Shown here: positions 53,641 to 63,909 of the stretch, one piece after another | Position numbering within the stretch: the stretch's first letter is position 1 | Layout: the number at the start of each line of letters is the position of its first letter | DNA from: Nitrospirota bacterium | Lineage (GTDB): Bacteria; Nitrospirota; UBA9217 | Direction of reading: 5' to 3' | Assembly (NCBI GenBank): GCA_963751455.1 | Contig: CAVVUN010000011.1 | Span: 1 to 64,000, forward strand | DNA length: 64,000 nt | Position numbers and translations under genes: made by a program | The notes under the pieces: generated by a model | The model's input: the letters and a program-made list of their open reading frames with translations, nothing else | Told to the model about the DNA's origin: nothing | Database searches by the model: none

Positions 53641-56600
53641 ATGAAAAAAACATTTCTGTTTTGGACATTGCTTTTGTCCGCTATCGCGATTCTGACATCT
53701 TGTGGTGGTGGAGGTGGTGGCGGCGGCAGCACCAACAACAGTAATGACATAACGCCGGATACCAATCAACTGACCTGGACCAAAGCAAGTGCGCATGTTC
53801 CGGCCGGCGCGTGGGGCGGAGGTCATTATAGGTCCACTGCCTGCGGAAACAGCGTCTGGGTCGCGATCGGCGACGATTTTACAAGCTGGAGCACAGACGC
53901 CGCCAACTGGACATCATCGATGTTCACGCCGCCCCCCTATACGCTCGGCCACGTGACATTCGGCAATAATTTATTTGTCGCTCTTGGCGGTTCTTATTTC
54001 TTGAAGAGCACGGATGGAAAAACGTGGACGTCTCAGAACTTTGTCTGGAACAACCAGACCGGAAGCGGAAGCCAAGGGGCGCAATCTCTTGCGGACATAA
54101 CCTACGGCAACGGAAAGTACGTGGCTGTGGACAACAGGTTTCTCACCAATGATGTCATCATGGTATTTACCAGCACAAACGGATCAAGCTGGTCACAGCA
54201 TACCGCATCCAACACATACGCCCAGCCAACCGCAATAACCTACGGTAACGGCATGTACGTAATTGTGGGGTATGGAGGTCTGGTTCTAACGAGCACTGAC
54301 GGCGCAACCTGGATGAGCCGCAATCCTGGGGCCTCCGCCGGGCTGATGGGCGTTGCATACGGGAATAATATCTTTGTTGCGGTCAGCAATCAGGGCGGGA
54401 AAATTTACACGAGTCCGGACGGCATAACATGGACGGCATCCACTGCGGGTCCGAACGGATTCACCGCAGTGGCGTTCGGCAACGGATTATTTGTCGCTGT
54501 TGGAAATGCAATTACCACCGGACAAATCTATACCAGTACGGACGGCAAGACATGGACGAAGCAGACCGGTGCATTACCCGGAGAACTGGAAGCGGTTGCA
54601 TACGGGAATGGCCGCTTTGTTGCGGTTGGCGCTGACGGCAATATTGAGATCTCCCAGAAGTCGACCGCGAGCTCCGCATTCACCGTGACCTATAACGGCA
54701 ACGGGAATACCGGCGGCAGCGTCCCGGGTGACTCGACCAACTACCTGCAGGGCCAGACGGTCACGGTGCTCGGAAATACAGGCAGCCTCGTAAAGAACGG
54801 ATATTCCTTTGTGGGCTGGAACACGCAGGCGAACGGATCCGGAACGACTTATACGCAGGCGCAGACTTTCACGATCGGTGCGGCGGATGTCACCCTGTAC
54901 GCGAAATGGACCGCAAGTCCCACATACACCATAACATATAACGACAACGGCGCTGCCGGCGGAAGTGTCCCGAATGATTCAACCAACTATTTACTGGGGC
55001 AGACCGTCACCGCGCTCGGGAATACAGGCGGCCTCGTAAAGACAGGGTATTCCTTCTCGGGCTGGAACACGCTGGCGAACGGGTCCGGCACGACTTATAC
55101 GCAGGCGCAGACCTTCACGATGGGTGCGGCAAATGTCACCCTGTACGCGATGTGGACCGCAAACCCGACATATACCGTTACCTATAACGGCAACGGCAAC
55201 ACCGGCGGAAGCGTCCCGATCGACTCATACAATTACTTGCAGGAGCAGACCGTTTCAGTGCGCTGGAATGAAGGCAGCCTCGTAAAAACCGGGTATTCCT
55301 TCTCGGGCTGGAATACACAGGCGAACGGGACCGGCACGACCTATACACCATGGCAGACCTTCACGATGGGTGCGGGGAATGTTACCCTGTACGCAAAGTG
55401 GAACGCAACATACACCGTAACCTATGACAGCAACGGCAGTACCGGCGGCAGCGCCCCGGTCGACTCAACCGCCTACGTGCAGGGACAGACCGTCACGGTG
55501 CTCGGAGATACAGGCAGCCTCCTAAAAACCGGATATTCCTTCTTGGGCTGGAACACGCAGGCGAACGGATCCGGCACGACGTATACGCAGGCACAGACCT
55601 TCACGATGGGTACTGCAAATGTCACCTTATACGCGTTATGGATCGAATCCACTTACACCGTAACCTATAACGGCAACGGCGCGACAGGCGGCAGCGTCCC
55701 GATTGACTCAACCATCTACTTACAGGGGCAGACTGTCACGGCGCTCGGGAATACAGGCAGCCTCGTAAAGACGGGGTATTCCTTCTCGGGCTGGAACACC
55801 TGGGCTAACGGATTCGGAACGCCGTATACGCCGGCGCAGACCTTCACAATGGGCACGGCAAGTGTCACCCTGTACGCGAAATGGACTGCAAACAGTCCAG
55901 GCGCTGCCTTTGCCTACATGGCGAGCGGCGGCAACACAGTCTCGCAGTACACTATCGGCGCGAATGGTGCGCTCACACCCATGACCCCTGCTACGGTCGC
56001 GGCAGGGACTGGTTCCCAATCCATCGCGGCTGACCCCTCGGGCAAGTTTGCCTACACGGCTAACTGGAAAAGCAACAACCTCTCGCTGTATTCAATCGGC
56101 GCGAATGGTGCGCTCACGCCCATGACCCCTGCCACCCTCTCGGCGGGGTTGAGCCCGTGGTCCGTCACTGTCCACCCCTCGGGCAAGTACGCCTATGTGG
56201 TAAACGAATCCGAGAACACCGTCTCGCAGTACACGATCGGGGCAGACGGGATGCTCACACCCATGACCACTGCCAAGGTCGGGGCAGGCGGGAGTCCGTG
56301 GGTCATTACGGTCGACCCCTCGGGCAAATACGCCTACATTGCAAACTACAGCGGCTCCGTCTCCCAGTACACGATTGGGGCGAGCGGAGAGCTCACAAGT
56401 ATGAGCCCGGCTACCGTCGCGGCGGGGACGGGCTCCCACTCCGTCACGGTCGATCCTTCCGGCAGGTATGCCTATGTGGCAAACTACAGCAACAACGTCT
56501 CTCAGTACACGATTGGGCCGAGTGGAAAACTCACACCTATGAGTCCTGCCACGGTCGCGGCCGGGATAAGTCCGTGGTCTGTAGCCGTCGATCCATCGGG

Positions 56601-56883
56601 TAAGTACGCCTACACCGCAGACGGCGGCGGCACGGTCTCGCAGTACACGATCGGCGCGAATGGTGCGCTCACACCCATGACCCCGGCTACGGTTGCGGTG
56701 GGGTTAAGCCCCACGTTTGTTACGATCGATCCTTCCGGCAAGTACGTTTACGTTGCGAATGCGGGTTACCCCTGCATCATCTCGCAGTACACGATCGGCG
56801 CGGATGGTGCGCTCACACCCATGAGCCCGGCAACGGTCGCGGCAGAGACTGGATCCAGTTCCATCGTCATTGTAGTAAAATAG
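53641..56883 (+). CDS. Large surface lipoprotein: BNR-like propeller, five InlB B-repeats, lactonase-like propeller
   Basis: LTSCGGGGGG lipobox; YGNG.FVAVG/STDG.TW repeats; 5x YTVTYNGNG..GY.F.GWNT..LYAKW; about 7x VDPSGKYAYVAN. Confidence 0.88.
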   Translation: MKKTFLFWTLLLSAIAILTSCGGGGGGGGSTNNSNDITPDTNQLTWTKASAHVPAGAWGGGHYRSTACGNSVWVAIGDDFTSWSTDAANWTSSMFTPPPYTLGHVTFGNNLFVALGGSYFLKSTDGKTWTSQNFVWNNQTGSGSQGAQSLADITYGNGKYVAVDNRFLTNDVIMVFTSTNGSSWSQHTASNTYAQPTAITYGNGMYVIVGYGGLVLTSTDGATWMSRNPGASAGLMGVAYGNNIFVAVSNQGGKIYTSPDGITWTASTAGPNGFTAVAFGNGLFVAVGNAITTGQIYTSTDGKTWTKQTGALPGELEAVAYGNGRFVAVGADGNIEISQKSTASSAFTVTYNGNGNTGGSVPGDSTNYLQGQTVTVLGNTGSLVKNGYSFVGWNTQANGSGTTYTQAQTFTIGAADVTLYAKWTASPTYTITYNDNGAAGGSVPNDSTNYLLGQTVTALGNTGGLVKTGYSFSGWNTLANGSGTTYTQAQTFTMGAANVTLYAMWTANPTYTVTYNGNGNTGGSVPIDSYNYLQEQTVSVRWNEGSLVKTGYSFSGWNTQANGTGTTYTPWQTFTMGAGNVTLYAKWNATYTVTYDSNGSTGGSAPVDSTAYVQGQTVTVLGDTGSLLKTGYSFLGWNTQANGSGTTYTQAQTFTMGTANVTLYALWIESTYTVTYNGNGATGGSVPIDSTIYLQGQTVTALGNTGSLVKTGYSFSGWNTWANGFGTPYTPAQTFTMGTASVTLYAKWTANSPGAAFAYMASGGNTVSQYTIGANGALTPMTPATVAAGTGSQSIAADPSGKFAYTANWKSNNLSLYSIGANGALTPMTPATLSAGLSPWSVTVHPSGKYAYVVNESENTVSQYTIGADGMLTPMTTAKVGAGGSPWVITVDPSGKYAYIANYSGSVSQYTIGASGELTSMSPATVAAGTGSHSVTVDPSGRYAYVANYSNNVSQYTIGPSGKLTPMSPATVAAGISPWSVAVDPSGKYAYTADGGGTVSQYTIGANGALTPMTPATVAVGLSPTFVTIDPSGKYVYVANAGYPCIISQYTIGADGALTPMSPATVAAETGSSSIVIVVK

Positions 56884-56974
56884 CAATCGATCCCGCGACC
56901 TGGAATCGCCCGGCTCCCGCCGGGGAAGAAAATCGCAATAAGGGGAACCGTCATCACCTGGATCATCACGTACA

Positions 56975-57170
56975 TTTATCGTCGAAAGACGGGAGAACGA
57001 TCAGCGTTCCGCTGGCATGGTCCTGGCGCTTGTCGGAAGCAACGCCCGAGCAGCGAGCGCATTACGAGTTAATCGGAGACGGCCAGGGGATCCATTGGCC
57101 GGAAATTGATGAAGACATCAGCGCCGAGGGCATGCTGTACGGTATTCCGGCTCCGCGACCAAGGAAATAA
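56975..57170 (+). pseudogene. DUF2442 family 3' fragment
   Basis: EDGRTISVPLAW...LSEATPEQR...GQGIHWPEIDEDISAEGML; no start codon. Confidence 0.7.
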
Positions 57171-57445
57171 ATATACTGTCTATCGTATGCCGTTACGCAC
57201 TCCGCACTGATAACGTCTCCCAGTCGCTTCTCGTCTCTCTGTCAGCCTTCCGAACGCCCAACTCCAAACTCGGAACTCTGAACTCTGAACTAACTCACTC
57301 CGTCTCCCCGTCGCTTCTCCGTCGTCTCTAATCGCTCTCTCTGTCAGCCTTGCGTCATGACTGGTTCTGCTTGACATCAAAGGGTACGTCTGTTATTTTT
57401 CATCAGGAAAAATCATGCACCCGTACATATATGAGGAGACCGGAA

Positions 57446-58069
57446 ATGCAGCCTGAGGATGTTCTGTCGATGCGCAATGAAACTTTACAGACGATAAATA
57501 AACGCCACAGTATTAGGACGTTCACCAAAGATGAAGTGACCCAGGAGGAGATCAACGTCCTCCTGAATGCGGCGAATGTGGCGCCATCGGCACATAATCA
57601 GCAGGCCTGGAAGTTTATCATTCTCAGGGGAGAGAAGAAGCACGATCTGGCCCAGCTCGTGACCACACAGTCTTCATCCTTTCCGAGGCCGGCTGCTGCC
57701 CTTCTCCGCATGGCCGCAAAGAGCATCATTTCCGCTCCCATCGTGATCGCCGTTACAAACACAGGGGACCTCATCAGGCACGGGACAAAGCTCTTCCAGG
57801 TGGAAAAGGAGACAGCCCACGATTTCTTCCGGACCATGGAGATCCAAAGCTCGGCCGCTGCAGTGGAGAATATCCTGCTCGCTGCCACGTCCCTTGGTCT
57901 CGGCACAGTCTGGCTCGGCGTGCTCTATCTTATGAAAGATCAAGTGCTCCGGTTCCTTGGAGAACCCGAAGGCGAGTTCATGGCCGTTGTGCCGGTCGGC
58001 CGGCCTGCCAGGGTCAGCAGCGGACCGAAAAAGCAGCCAGTTGAGATGAAGGTGAAGTTATTGGGCTGA
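57446..58069 (+). CDS. Nitroreductase family protein
   Basis: RHSIRTF, APSAHNQQAWKF, ENILLAATSLGLGTVW. Confidence 0.9.
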   Translation: MQPEDVLSMRNETLQTINKRHSIRTFTKDEVTQEEINVLLNAANVAPSAHNQQAWKFIILRGEKKHDLAQLVTTQSSSFPRPAAALLRMAAKSIISAPIVIAVTNTGDLIRHGTKLFQVEKETAHDFFRTMEIQSSAAAVENILLAATSLGLGTVWLGVLYLMKDQVLRFLGEPEGEFMAVVPVGRPARVSSGPKKQPVEMKVKLLG

Positions 58070-58293
58070 ACGATGGTCAGCCGATGAAAGCTTGCGGCTC
58101 ATCAGCATTTCACTTCGGATTTATGAGTCAGGTGTCCTTAGAAGACCCTTTATTTTTGTAACCTTCTGTGATATTCTCAGCTTATCTAAAAGCCGGAAAT
58201 CTTCTTGTTTCCTCACCAGTGCCAGAACGCAGATTCAGCTAATCAACGAACAACAAACTGTGAAACCACAATTTTTGACCGAGGAGCTTAATC

Positions 58294-58785
58294 ATGCCGG
58301 TTCCTGATTTCCAGTCTTTCTTTAAGCCCTTGCTGGATGTTGCCGCTGACGGCAAAGAGCATTCCATGAAAGAGGCGAGGGAGATAATCGCCAAACGCAT
58401 GAAGATTGCGGACGAAGACCTAAGGGAATTGCTGCCCAGCGGTACGCAGACGAAGTTCGACAACCGAATCGCATGGGCAAAGAGTTATTTCGTTCAGGCA
58501 AATGTGGTTGAATCTCCGCGTCGGGGTTACTTTAAACTAACTGAACGCGGCAAGGAACTGCACGAGAAAGGGCATGATCGCATTGACGTAAAGATACTCA
58601 ATCAATTTCCTGAATTTGTCGCGTTTCACACTGCGAAGACCGATCAAGCGACCACTGGTAATCACACCGATATTTCTTCCGTAGAAACTCCTGAAGAGAC
58701 TCTTCAAAAGGCATATTTAAATATTCGGGCCGACCTCGCATCCGAGATATTGGAACGAATCAAAGCAAATTCTCCCTGGTTTGCG
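58294..58785 (+). pseudogene. mrr: Mrr restriction protein, N-terminal wHTH only
   Basis: MPVPDFQS...LLPSG.QT.FDNRIAWAKSY...RRGYF..TERG, TPEE; breaks at SPWF before the nuclease domain. Confidence 0.85.
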
Positions 58786-58798
58786 CGTCTATGCGTTC

Positions 58799-58839
58799 TT
58801 GACAAGGTATCGAATTTCACTATAATGAACATATGTTCG
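58799..58839 (+). promoter_or_regulatory. Consensus sigma70 promoter with palindromic operator
   Basis: TTGACA-16 bp-TATAAT; perfect palindrome GAACATATGTTC over the ATG at 58833. Confidence 0.65.
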
Positions 58840-59438
58840 ATAAAATGAAAACATCCTCAAAAAAAGCAAATGCCTTGGGTGGCTTGCTTGTCAAGACGAC
58901 CCATCAAAAGGTCCTCGCGTTGTTTCTGGCCTATCCGGCGCGGCATTTTTACGGCTCCGAAATTTCTAAGAAGATTCGAATCAGCATCGGCCAGACGAGC
59001 AAGATCCTGGGCGATCTGCTGAGCGCGGGGGTAGTTGTAAAAGAGCGCAAGGGAAAGACTGAACTTTATAACATCGCGGAGATGACACCTGAGCTGAGAC
59101 TTTTCAAGGCGTTGAATACGGTCATAAATATTGCGCCCCTCATCGATCGCCTCAAGCCGGTGAGCAAAGCAGTTCTTCTCTACGGGAGCTGCGCAAAGGG
59201 CATGAATACGGAAGAGAGCGACCTCGACATCCTCGTGGTGAGCGGCGATAAGGACCGGGTCCTTGATGCCGTGACGAAGTACTCCCCGAAGGAGCGTTAC
59301 GGTTTTGCTGAAATCAAACCGGTCACGAAAACCCCGGCGGAATGGGCCGGCCTGGAAGCGAAAGATCCGGTTTATTTTGCCGAAGTGCACAAGGGCTTCG
59401 TACTGTACGAAAAGGAAATCGATGAGTCGAGACTTTAA
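58833..59438 (+). CDS. wHTH-MNT minimal nucleotidyltransferase (antitoxin)
   Basis: N-terminal wHTH; LYGSCAKG...ESDLDILVV. Confidence 0.88.
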   Translation: MFDKMKTSSKKANALGGLLVKTTHQKVLALFLAYPARHFYGSEISKKIRISIGQTSKILGDLLSAGVVVKERKGKTELYNIAEMTPELRLFKALNTVINIAPLIDRLKPVSKAVLLYGSCAKGMNTEESDLDILVVSGDKDRVLDAVTKYSPKERYGFAEIKPVTKTPAEWAGLEAKDPVYFAEVHKGFVLYEKEIDESRL

Positions 59439-59862
59439 GGACTGCTTCGATAAGAAGAAGCTCTATCGGTCCGATGCCGCGAAAGCACTGGCGGGAAAGG
59501 AATTCAAGTCCGCGACCGATGATATTACCGAAGCCGAGCTGAGCCTTTCACAGAGGCGGTACAAGTGGGCGACCATCCAAGCATACTACGCTATGTTTCA
59601 TGCAGCCCGCGCGATGCTGTATTCCCGTGGCTATCGTGAACGCAGCCATTTCTGTGTCGTTGCCGGGCTCGAACACCTCTTCGGAGAAACAAAACTGATC
59701 GAGCTCAAGTGGGTGAGAGCCATCAGAAATGCCATGTCGCTTCGCGAAGATGCGGATTATTCAGATGCCTATTCATCGGAAGGCGCCGAGGCCTCAGTCC
59801 AAAATGCAAAGGGGTTCATGCAGGAAGCGAAGCGTATCCTGGAGAGCAGCAGGGAGAAATAA
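59422..59862 (+). CDS. HEPN domain protein (toxin partner)
   Basis: AYYAMFHAARAML, RSH, LREDADY; overlaps the MNT gene. Confidence 0.88.
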   Translation: MSRDFKDCFDKKKLYRSDAAKALAGKEFKSATDDITEAELSLSQRRYKWATIQAYYAMFHAARAMLYSRGYRERSHFCVVAGLEHLFGETKLIELKWVRAIRNAMSLREDADYSDAYSSEGAEASVQNAKGFMQEAKRILESSREK

Positions 59863-60159
59863 CGGGCAGGTTTCTCGGGATGTTTGGAACGTAAGGTCCT
59901 AAATTGACTTATTCATATTTGCCTGCACAGAAATCAAAACTTACAGTGGTATTATGACGTGATGAATCCTCTTTTTACAATCGGCTATTCGAATCGATCA
60001 ATCAATGATTTCCTGGCGCTTCTCGGAAGAACGGCGGATCGAGAATGACGTGAAGCCAGCAGAACTTGATGAGGCGTGCCTGATGTGCAGCGAGCATCTT
60101 CTTCGAGCATTTTTCGGCATGGAAGGAAAAGGCCGGCGAGTTTGGGTTTCATTATGATC

Positions 60160-60423
60160 CGTACAACTTCGACTCTAACCCTGAGAAGCATAAAACTGAA
60201 AGAACAAAAACGCGTGACCGGATTGGTCCTCGGTATAACCGATGCCTTGTTTGAAAAGCCGGTTATTTCCGCCCCTGAGGTTGCCAGGGAATTCAAGGTA
60301 AGCCATCAAGGCGCCATGAAGGCGCTTCAGGGCCTAGAAAAGCTTAAGGTATTGAAGCTAATGCCTGATAGACAGCGAAATAGACTTTACGTTGCTAAAG
60401 ATATCGTCAAGATTATGGAATGA
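60160..60423 (+). pseudogene. wHTH C-terminal fragment (Fic-like)
   Basis: LFEKPVIS..VA....VS...A......L...R.RLY.A.DI resembles Fic C-termini. Confidence 0.5.
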
Positions 60424-60582
60424 AAGTGAACTTGCATAAGTCGATCTGCATGTAACTCTACTTTCATTAAGTTACATTGCTGGCGACTAATGTAACTCGA
60501 GTTCCATAAGGAATGTAGCGATACTTGAATAATACTAAAGTCGGGAAATCAAGGCATTCTGCGGAATTGCAGTTTCTCGCAA

Positions 60583-60879
60583 ACGATATCGATCGAGATC
60601 GATGAATTCATTTCTCCAACCATCATCGAACGCCTGTCCCAGCAGGCTGGCCTCTTGAAACCGAAGATCGACGAATGGCGGGCTATGGTGGACTGCGTGA
60701 TGATAGATACGGCCTATGGCGGAAAGGTCTTCAATGTTGTGCTTTCGGATGTGCCCGAGAAGAAGACCGACTATGTACAGGGCAGATACGAACTTCCGGC
60801 GACAAAAGATGAGATCATCGTGGCCGTTAAGGTCATCGATATGCTGGGCGAGGAAGTGCTGATACAGAAGAGCGTTTAA
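60583..60879 (+). pseudogene. C-terminal fragment of a site-specific DNA methyltransferase
   Basis: IDEWRAMVDCVMID..Y.GKVF...VAVKVIDMLGEE. Confidence 0.6.
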
Positions 60880-60896
60880 CAACAGGGCGGATTCTC

Positions 60897-61667
60897 ATGG
60901 ACCTATCGAGGAAACAGCGGCAATATCGCCGCAGAATATTAACGGACGACGAAGTGCGCGCTTTTGCGAAGGCCACGAAAGCTCTCTTGGGACCGGAGCT
61001 CTTGGCCATCTCGAAAAACCATCATCTCGGCATGGAAGACAGTCTGCGGTACATGTCGCTTGCCGCCCGTCTGGAGGATGCGCGGACGGAACGAGGACTG
61101 ACGCTGAAAGATGCCGCGAAGGATTTGAGGGCGCCGAAATACCGGCTTGAGGATGTCGAGAAGGGTGATCTGAAAAACCTCAAACCAGGTTTACTGCTTC
61201 AGTATGTCGATTATCTCGGCCTGAAGGTCTGGTTCAGCAAATGGAAAAAGGCGAATGTCGAGTTTTCCAAACGTCTTGGATTGTCCTCCGGTGCTGGTAA
61301 AACAGCAGGCGGCGAAAGTGCATCAATTCCCGCCCTTGTGAAAACGCTTGCGGAGAAGAAGATCGAAGCCTTTCTGAAAAAACGTCTGCCACCCTGGGCA
61401 AAGGATCAAATACGGCTTTCGCACCAGTTCCGCGGCAATACGGTCACGCTTTTCGAGCATCGGGCGCCCTTGATGAAGGGAGACGCAGAGTGGTCCGTGA
61501 TGTCCGCGGCGCAGCTTCGCTATGATGTGTAGAACGGCATGTGGACGCTCTATTGCGCGGACCGGAATTCACGGTGGCAGGAATACACGAATGTCCCGCC
61601 CGCGAAGGACCTTGACAGTTTGCTTGAGGAAATCGGCCGCGATCCGACGGGGATTTTTTGGGGATAA
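60897..61667 (+). CDS. XRE-HTH + DUF3024 fusion with an in-frame TAG at 61530
   Basis: HTH LEDARTERGLTLKDAA; frame continues past the TAG as WTLYCADRNSRWQEY...DPTGIFWG*. Confidence 0.7.
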
Positions 61668-61673
61668 CGGCAA

Positions 61674-62078
61674 ATGAAGAAAAGTGATCGACCAATGACA
61701 CTGCGCGAACTGTCGCCGGATTTCGACGATTGGCCGCGGCGCTGGATGGGGATGCCGGAAGACCTCGCATACGGGAAGAAACTCCTTCCCTACATGGAGA
61801 CATTTCTGAATGACCTCATCAGTCGTGGTCTATCGAAAAAAACCTTGAAGAATTACATAGACCACACCTGGCTCCTCGGCGGATCGATCATCACATGGGT
61901 ATCTAACAACGAGGAATATAACTCACCTCCGCTCAAGATGCTTCGGAAATCCGTCGAATTGGGCGGCATCCTTCCGGACGGGTACGACCACATGACGGAG
62001 AAAGAGGCGCGGGTATTCGAGCGGACTTGCGAGCTGTTCGAAAAATTTCTCAAAAGGAATAAAAGCAATGGTAATTGA
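61674..62078 (+). CDS. Hypothetical protein
   Basis: 134-aa ORF, tightly coupled to neighbours; WPRRW and WLLGG motifs. Confidence 0.65.
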   Translation: MKKSDRPMTLRELSPDFDDWPRRWMGMPEDLAYGKKLLPYMETFLNDLISRGLSKKTLKNYIDHTWLLGGSIITWVSNNEEYNSPPLKMLRKSVELGGILPDGYDHMTEKEARVFERTCELFEKFLKRNKSNGN

Positions 62079-63126
62079 TCCGACTATCGCTAACCGGTTT
62101 ATCAACGAATATAAACGCTTCTTGTTGTCGATCTATCAATCCGAAGGCGCGGACGATGACGGGAAGCGAATGATTGACAAGCTGCATTCAGCCAGGAAAC
62201 AATTCATAGCAAATCGGGGTTTGTTGGACGAATATATGAAGAAGATGGAAGACGGCACGGATCCGATCGACCGCAAGATACTGCTCGCGATCAGAAATAT
62301 CGAATATTCCAGATGGGTGTACCTGCGCGATTTGAAGTCGTGCTCGATATTCCTCAAGGACGGCGCTGAGTATGGCGCCGGCGTTCTTGGCCTGACGGAC
62401 GAAATAAGTGTTATGACCGGGGGGCCGGGAGTGCTTTTGGAGACCGGGGTGTTTCCCTTTGACGATCACTATGTTTGCGATGGGCTGATCGCGAGCCTCG
62501 TCCACTTCGGGCCGAACATCAGGAAGAGCTTCAATGAGTCGTATAGGGAACTGCGCGAAGCAGGAAAGTTTCAGGTGAATCCCTTGCTGCCGCAGACGTC
62601 GCCGGCTGAACCGCGGCAATCGTATCGGCCGGTTGGAAGGCGAGGCGTCCGAATGATGCCGGACGAGGGTCGCAAGACCGGGAAAAATCTTGATGCGAGA
62701 AAACAGGAGCGGATAGGCGAAGTGGCCGCTCTTCTTGATGCCTTTTCCCAGGCCCATCTCACGCCGGAACTTGCCGGCTATGCGCGGGAACTCTGGGGTC
62801 AGATCGGCCGGAAGAGGAAATACGTGATCACGGGCGGAGCGAAAGAGGTGTGGGCCGCGGCTGTGGTGTACGTGATTGCCAGGCTGAACTTTCTCTTTGA
62901 CTCCAAAAGCGCGAATTATCTGACCGCGGACGCCATAAGCGCTTTCTTTGGAACGAAAAAGACGACCGTGTCGGCGCGGGCCGCGGACATTGAAAAGGCC
63001 TGCCGCGTACGCATGGGGCAGGAGGAATTGTGCAGTCCGGACATCGCCGACGCGCTTACGTTAGTCAAGCTTCCGAACGGCATGGTTATCCCGAGGAATA
63101 TGGCGAGAGAAGCGGGTTTGATTTGA
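62068..63126 (+). CDS. Two-domain protein with DUF6398-like C-terminus
   Basis: WAAAVVYVIARLNFLFD motif; Pro/Arg linker between the domains. Confidence 0.65.
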   Translation: MVIDPTIANRFINEYKRFLLSIYQSEGADDDGKRMIDKLHSARKQFIANRGLLDEYMKKMEDGTDPIDRKILLAIRNIEYSRWVYLRDLKSCSIFLKDGAEYGAGVLGLTDEISVMTGGPGVLLETGVFPFDDHYVCDGLIASLVHFGPNIRKSFNESYRELREAGKFQVNPLLPQTSPAEPRQSYRPVGRRGVRMMPDEGRKTGKNLDARKQERIGEVAALLDAFSQAHLTPELAGYARELWGQIGRKRKYVITGGAKEVWAAAVVYVIARLNFLFDSKSANYLTADAISAFFGTKKTTVSARAADIEKACRVRMGQEELCSPDIADALTLVKLPNGMVIPRNMAREAGLI

Positions 63127-63139
63127 GCGAAGGCGGGCT

Positions 63140-63520
63140 ATGCCCATGAGCGCAAATCGCGCCGATTTGGCCGGACACCTGCGGGAGGCCGCGACGACGT
63201 TGCTGGAGGAGAATGGTTACATCAGTTTCGTAGATGTTCTCCTGCGCATGGGGCGATTGACGGAAGAAGATCACGACGCCTGGAGATTCGGCAAAACGCC
63301 TTGTCTTGAGAACGTCATCACGCTGAACTTGGCGAAGATCGGTCTTTTACTGCGCTCCTTTCAGCAGTACGCGCGATCCCATGATCTGCGACCAAGCAAG
63401 ACAGCGTACCTTTCGTGGGGCAAGGGGCCGAAGCGGCAGCTCCGGTTCTCAAAGTCGGGAACTCCAGCCCTTGAGGATGCATATGCCACGCACTATTTGA
63501 AGCCGAAAGAGGGGTCGTAA
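63140..63520 (+). CDS. Hypothetical protein
   Basis: 126-aa ORF; LRFSKSG...E.AYATHY. Confidence 0.65.
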   Translation: MPMSANRADLAGHLREAATTLLEENGYISFVDVLLRMGRLTEEDHDAWRFGKTPCLENVITLNLAKIGLLLRSFQQYARSHDLRPSKTAYLSWGKGPKRQLRFSKSGTPALEDAYATHYLKPKEGS

Positions 63521-63531
63521 GGGTTATACAG

Positions 63532-63909
63532 ATGAAAGCAAAGAAGCAGACAAAAAAGGGAAAGAAGAAGGAACTGGCGCGCGAAGAACGCATTTCTCAG
63601 GAAATCGTTGTTGATGCCTACGGCGCCTGGGAGCAGGCAATGGGTTGGTATTACCTTGAGTTCCCGTTTACTGCGATATGCGTTAAGAAAAGGGCGATCT
63701 CGCCGCTGAAGCTCAAAGAAAGCGTGGAAGTCGTCGGATTGCCGCCCATCAACGAATGCGAGCGGGAGATGTTTGTTGAGATCCTCTGGAGAGACCGAAA
63801 ATTCTCAGTTCCGATAGACCAACTGGAGTGCGACAGCCGCGATAAAGAAACCAGACAAGCCGTTGAAGATTGGCATTACTGGGTCAGGCAGGGCTATCAG
63901 TTCGGATGA
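63532..63909 (+). CDS. CcbP-like (Calci_bind) family protein
   Basis: RI..EIVVDAYG..EQAMGWYY...FPF.A...AVEDWHYWV..GY. Confidence 0.7.
   Translation: MKAKKQTKKGKKKELAREERISQEIVVDAYGAWEQAMGWYYLEFPFTAICVKKRAISPLKLKESVEVVGLPPINECEREMFVEILWRDRKFSVPIDQLECDSRDKETRQAVEDWHYWVRQGYQFG

Noticed and set aside
54670-56860. Regularly spaced repeats as a CRISPR or non-coding array
   Set aside because: They are in-frame protein repeats in one ORF; no unique spacers and no cas genes
59962-60030. DUF488-like gene (MNPLFTIGYSNRSINDFLALL)
   Set aside because: Only about 20 codons survive; too short to annotate beyond debris
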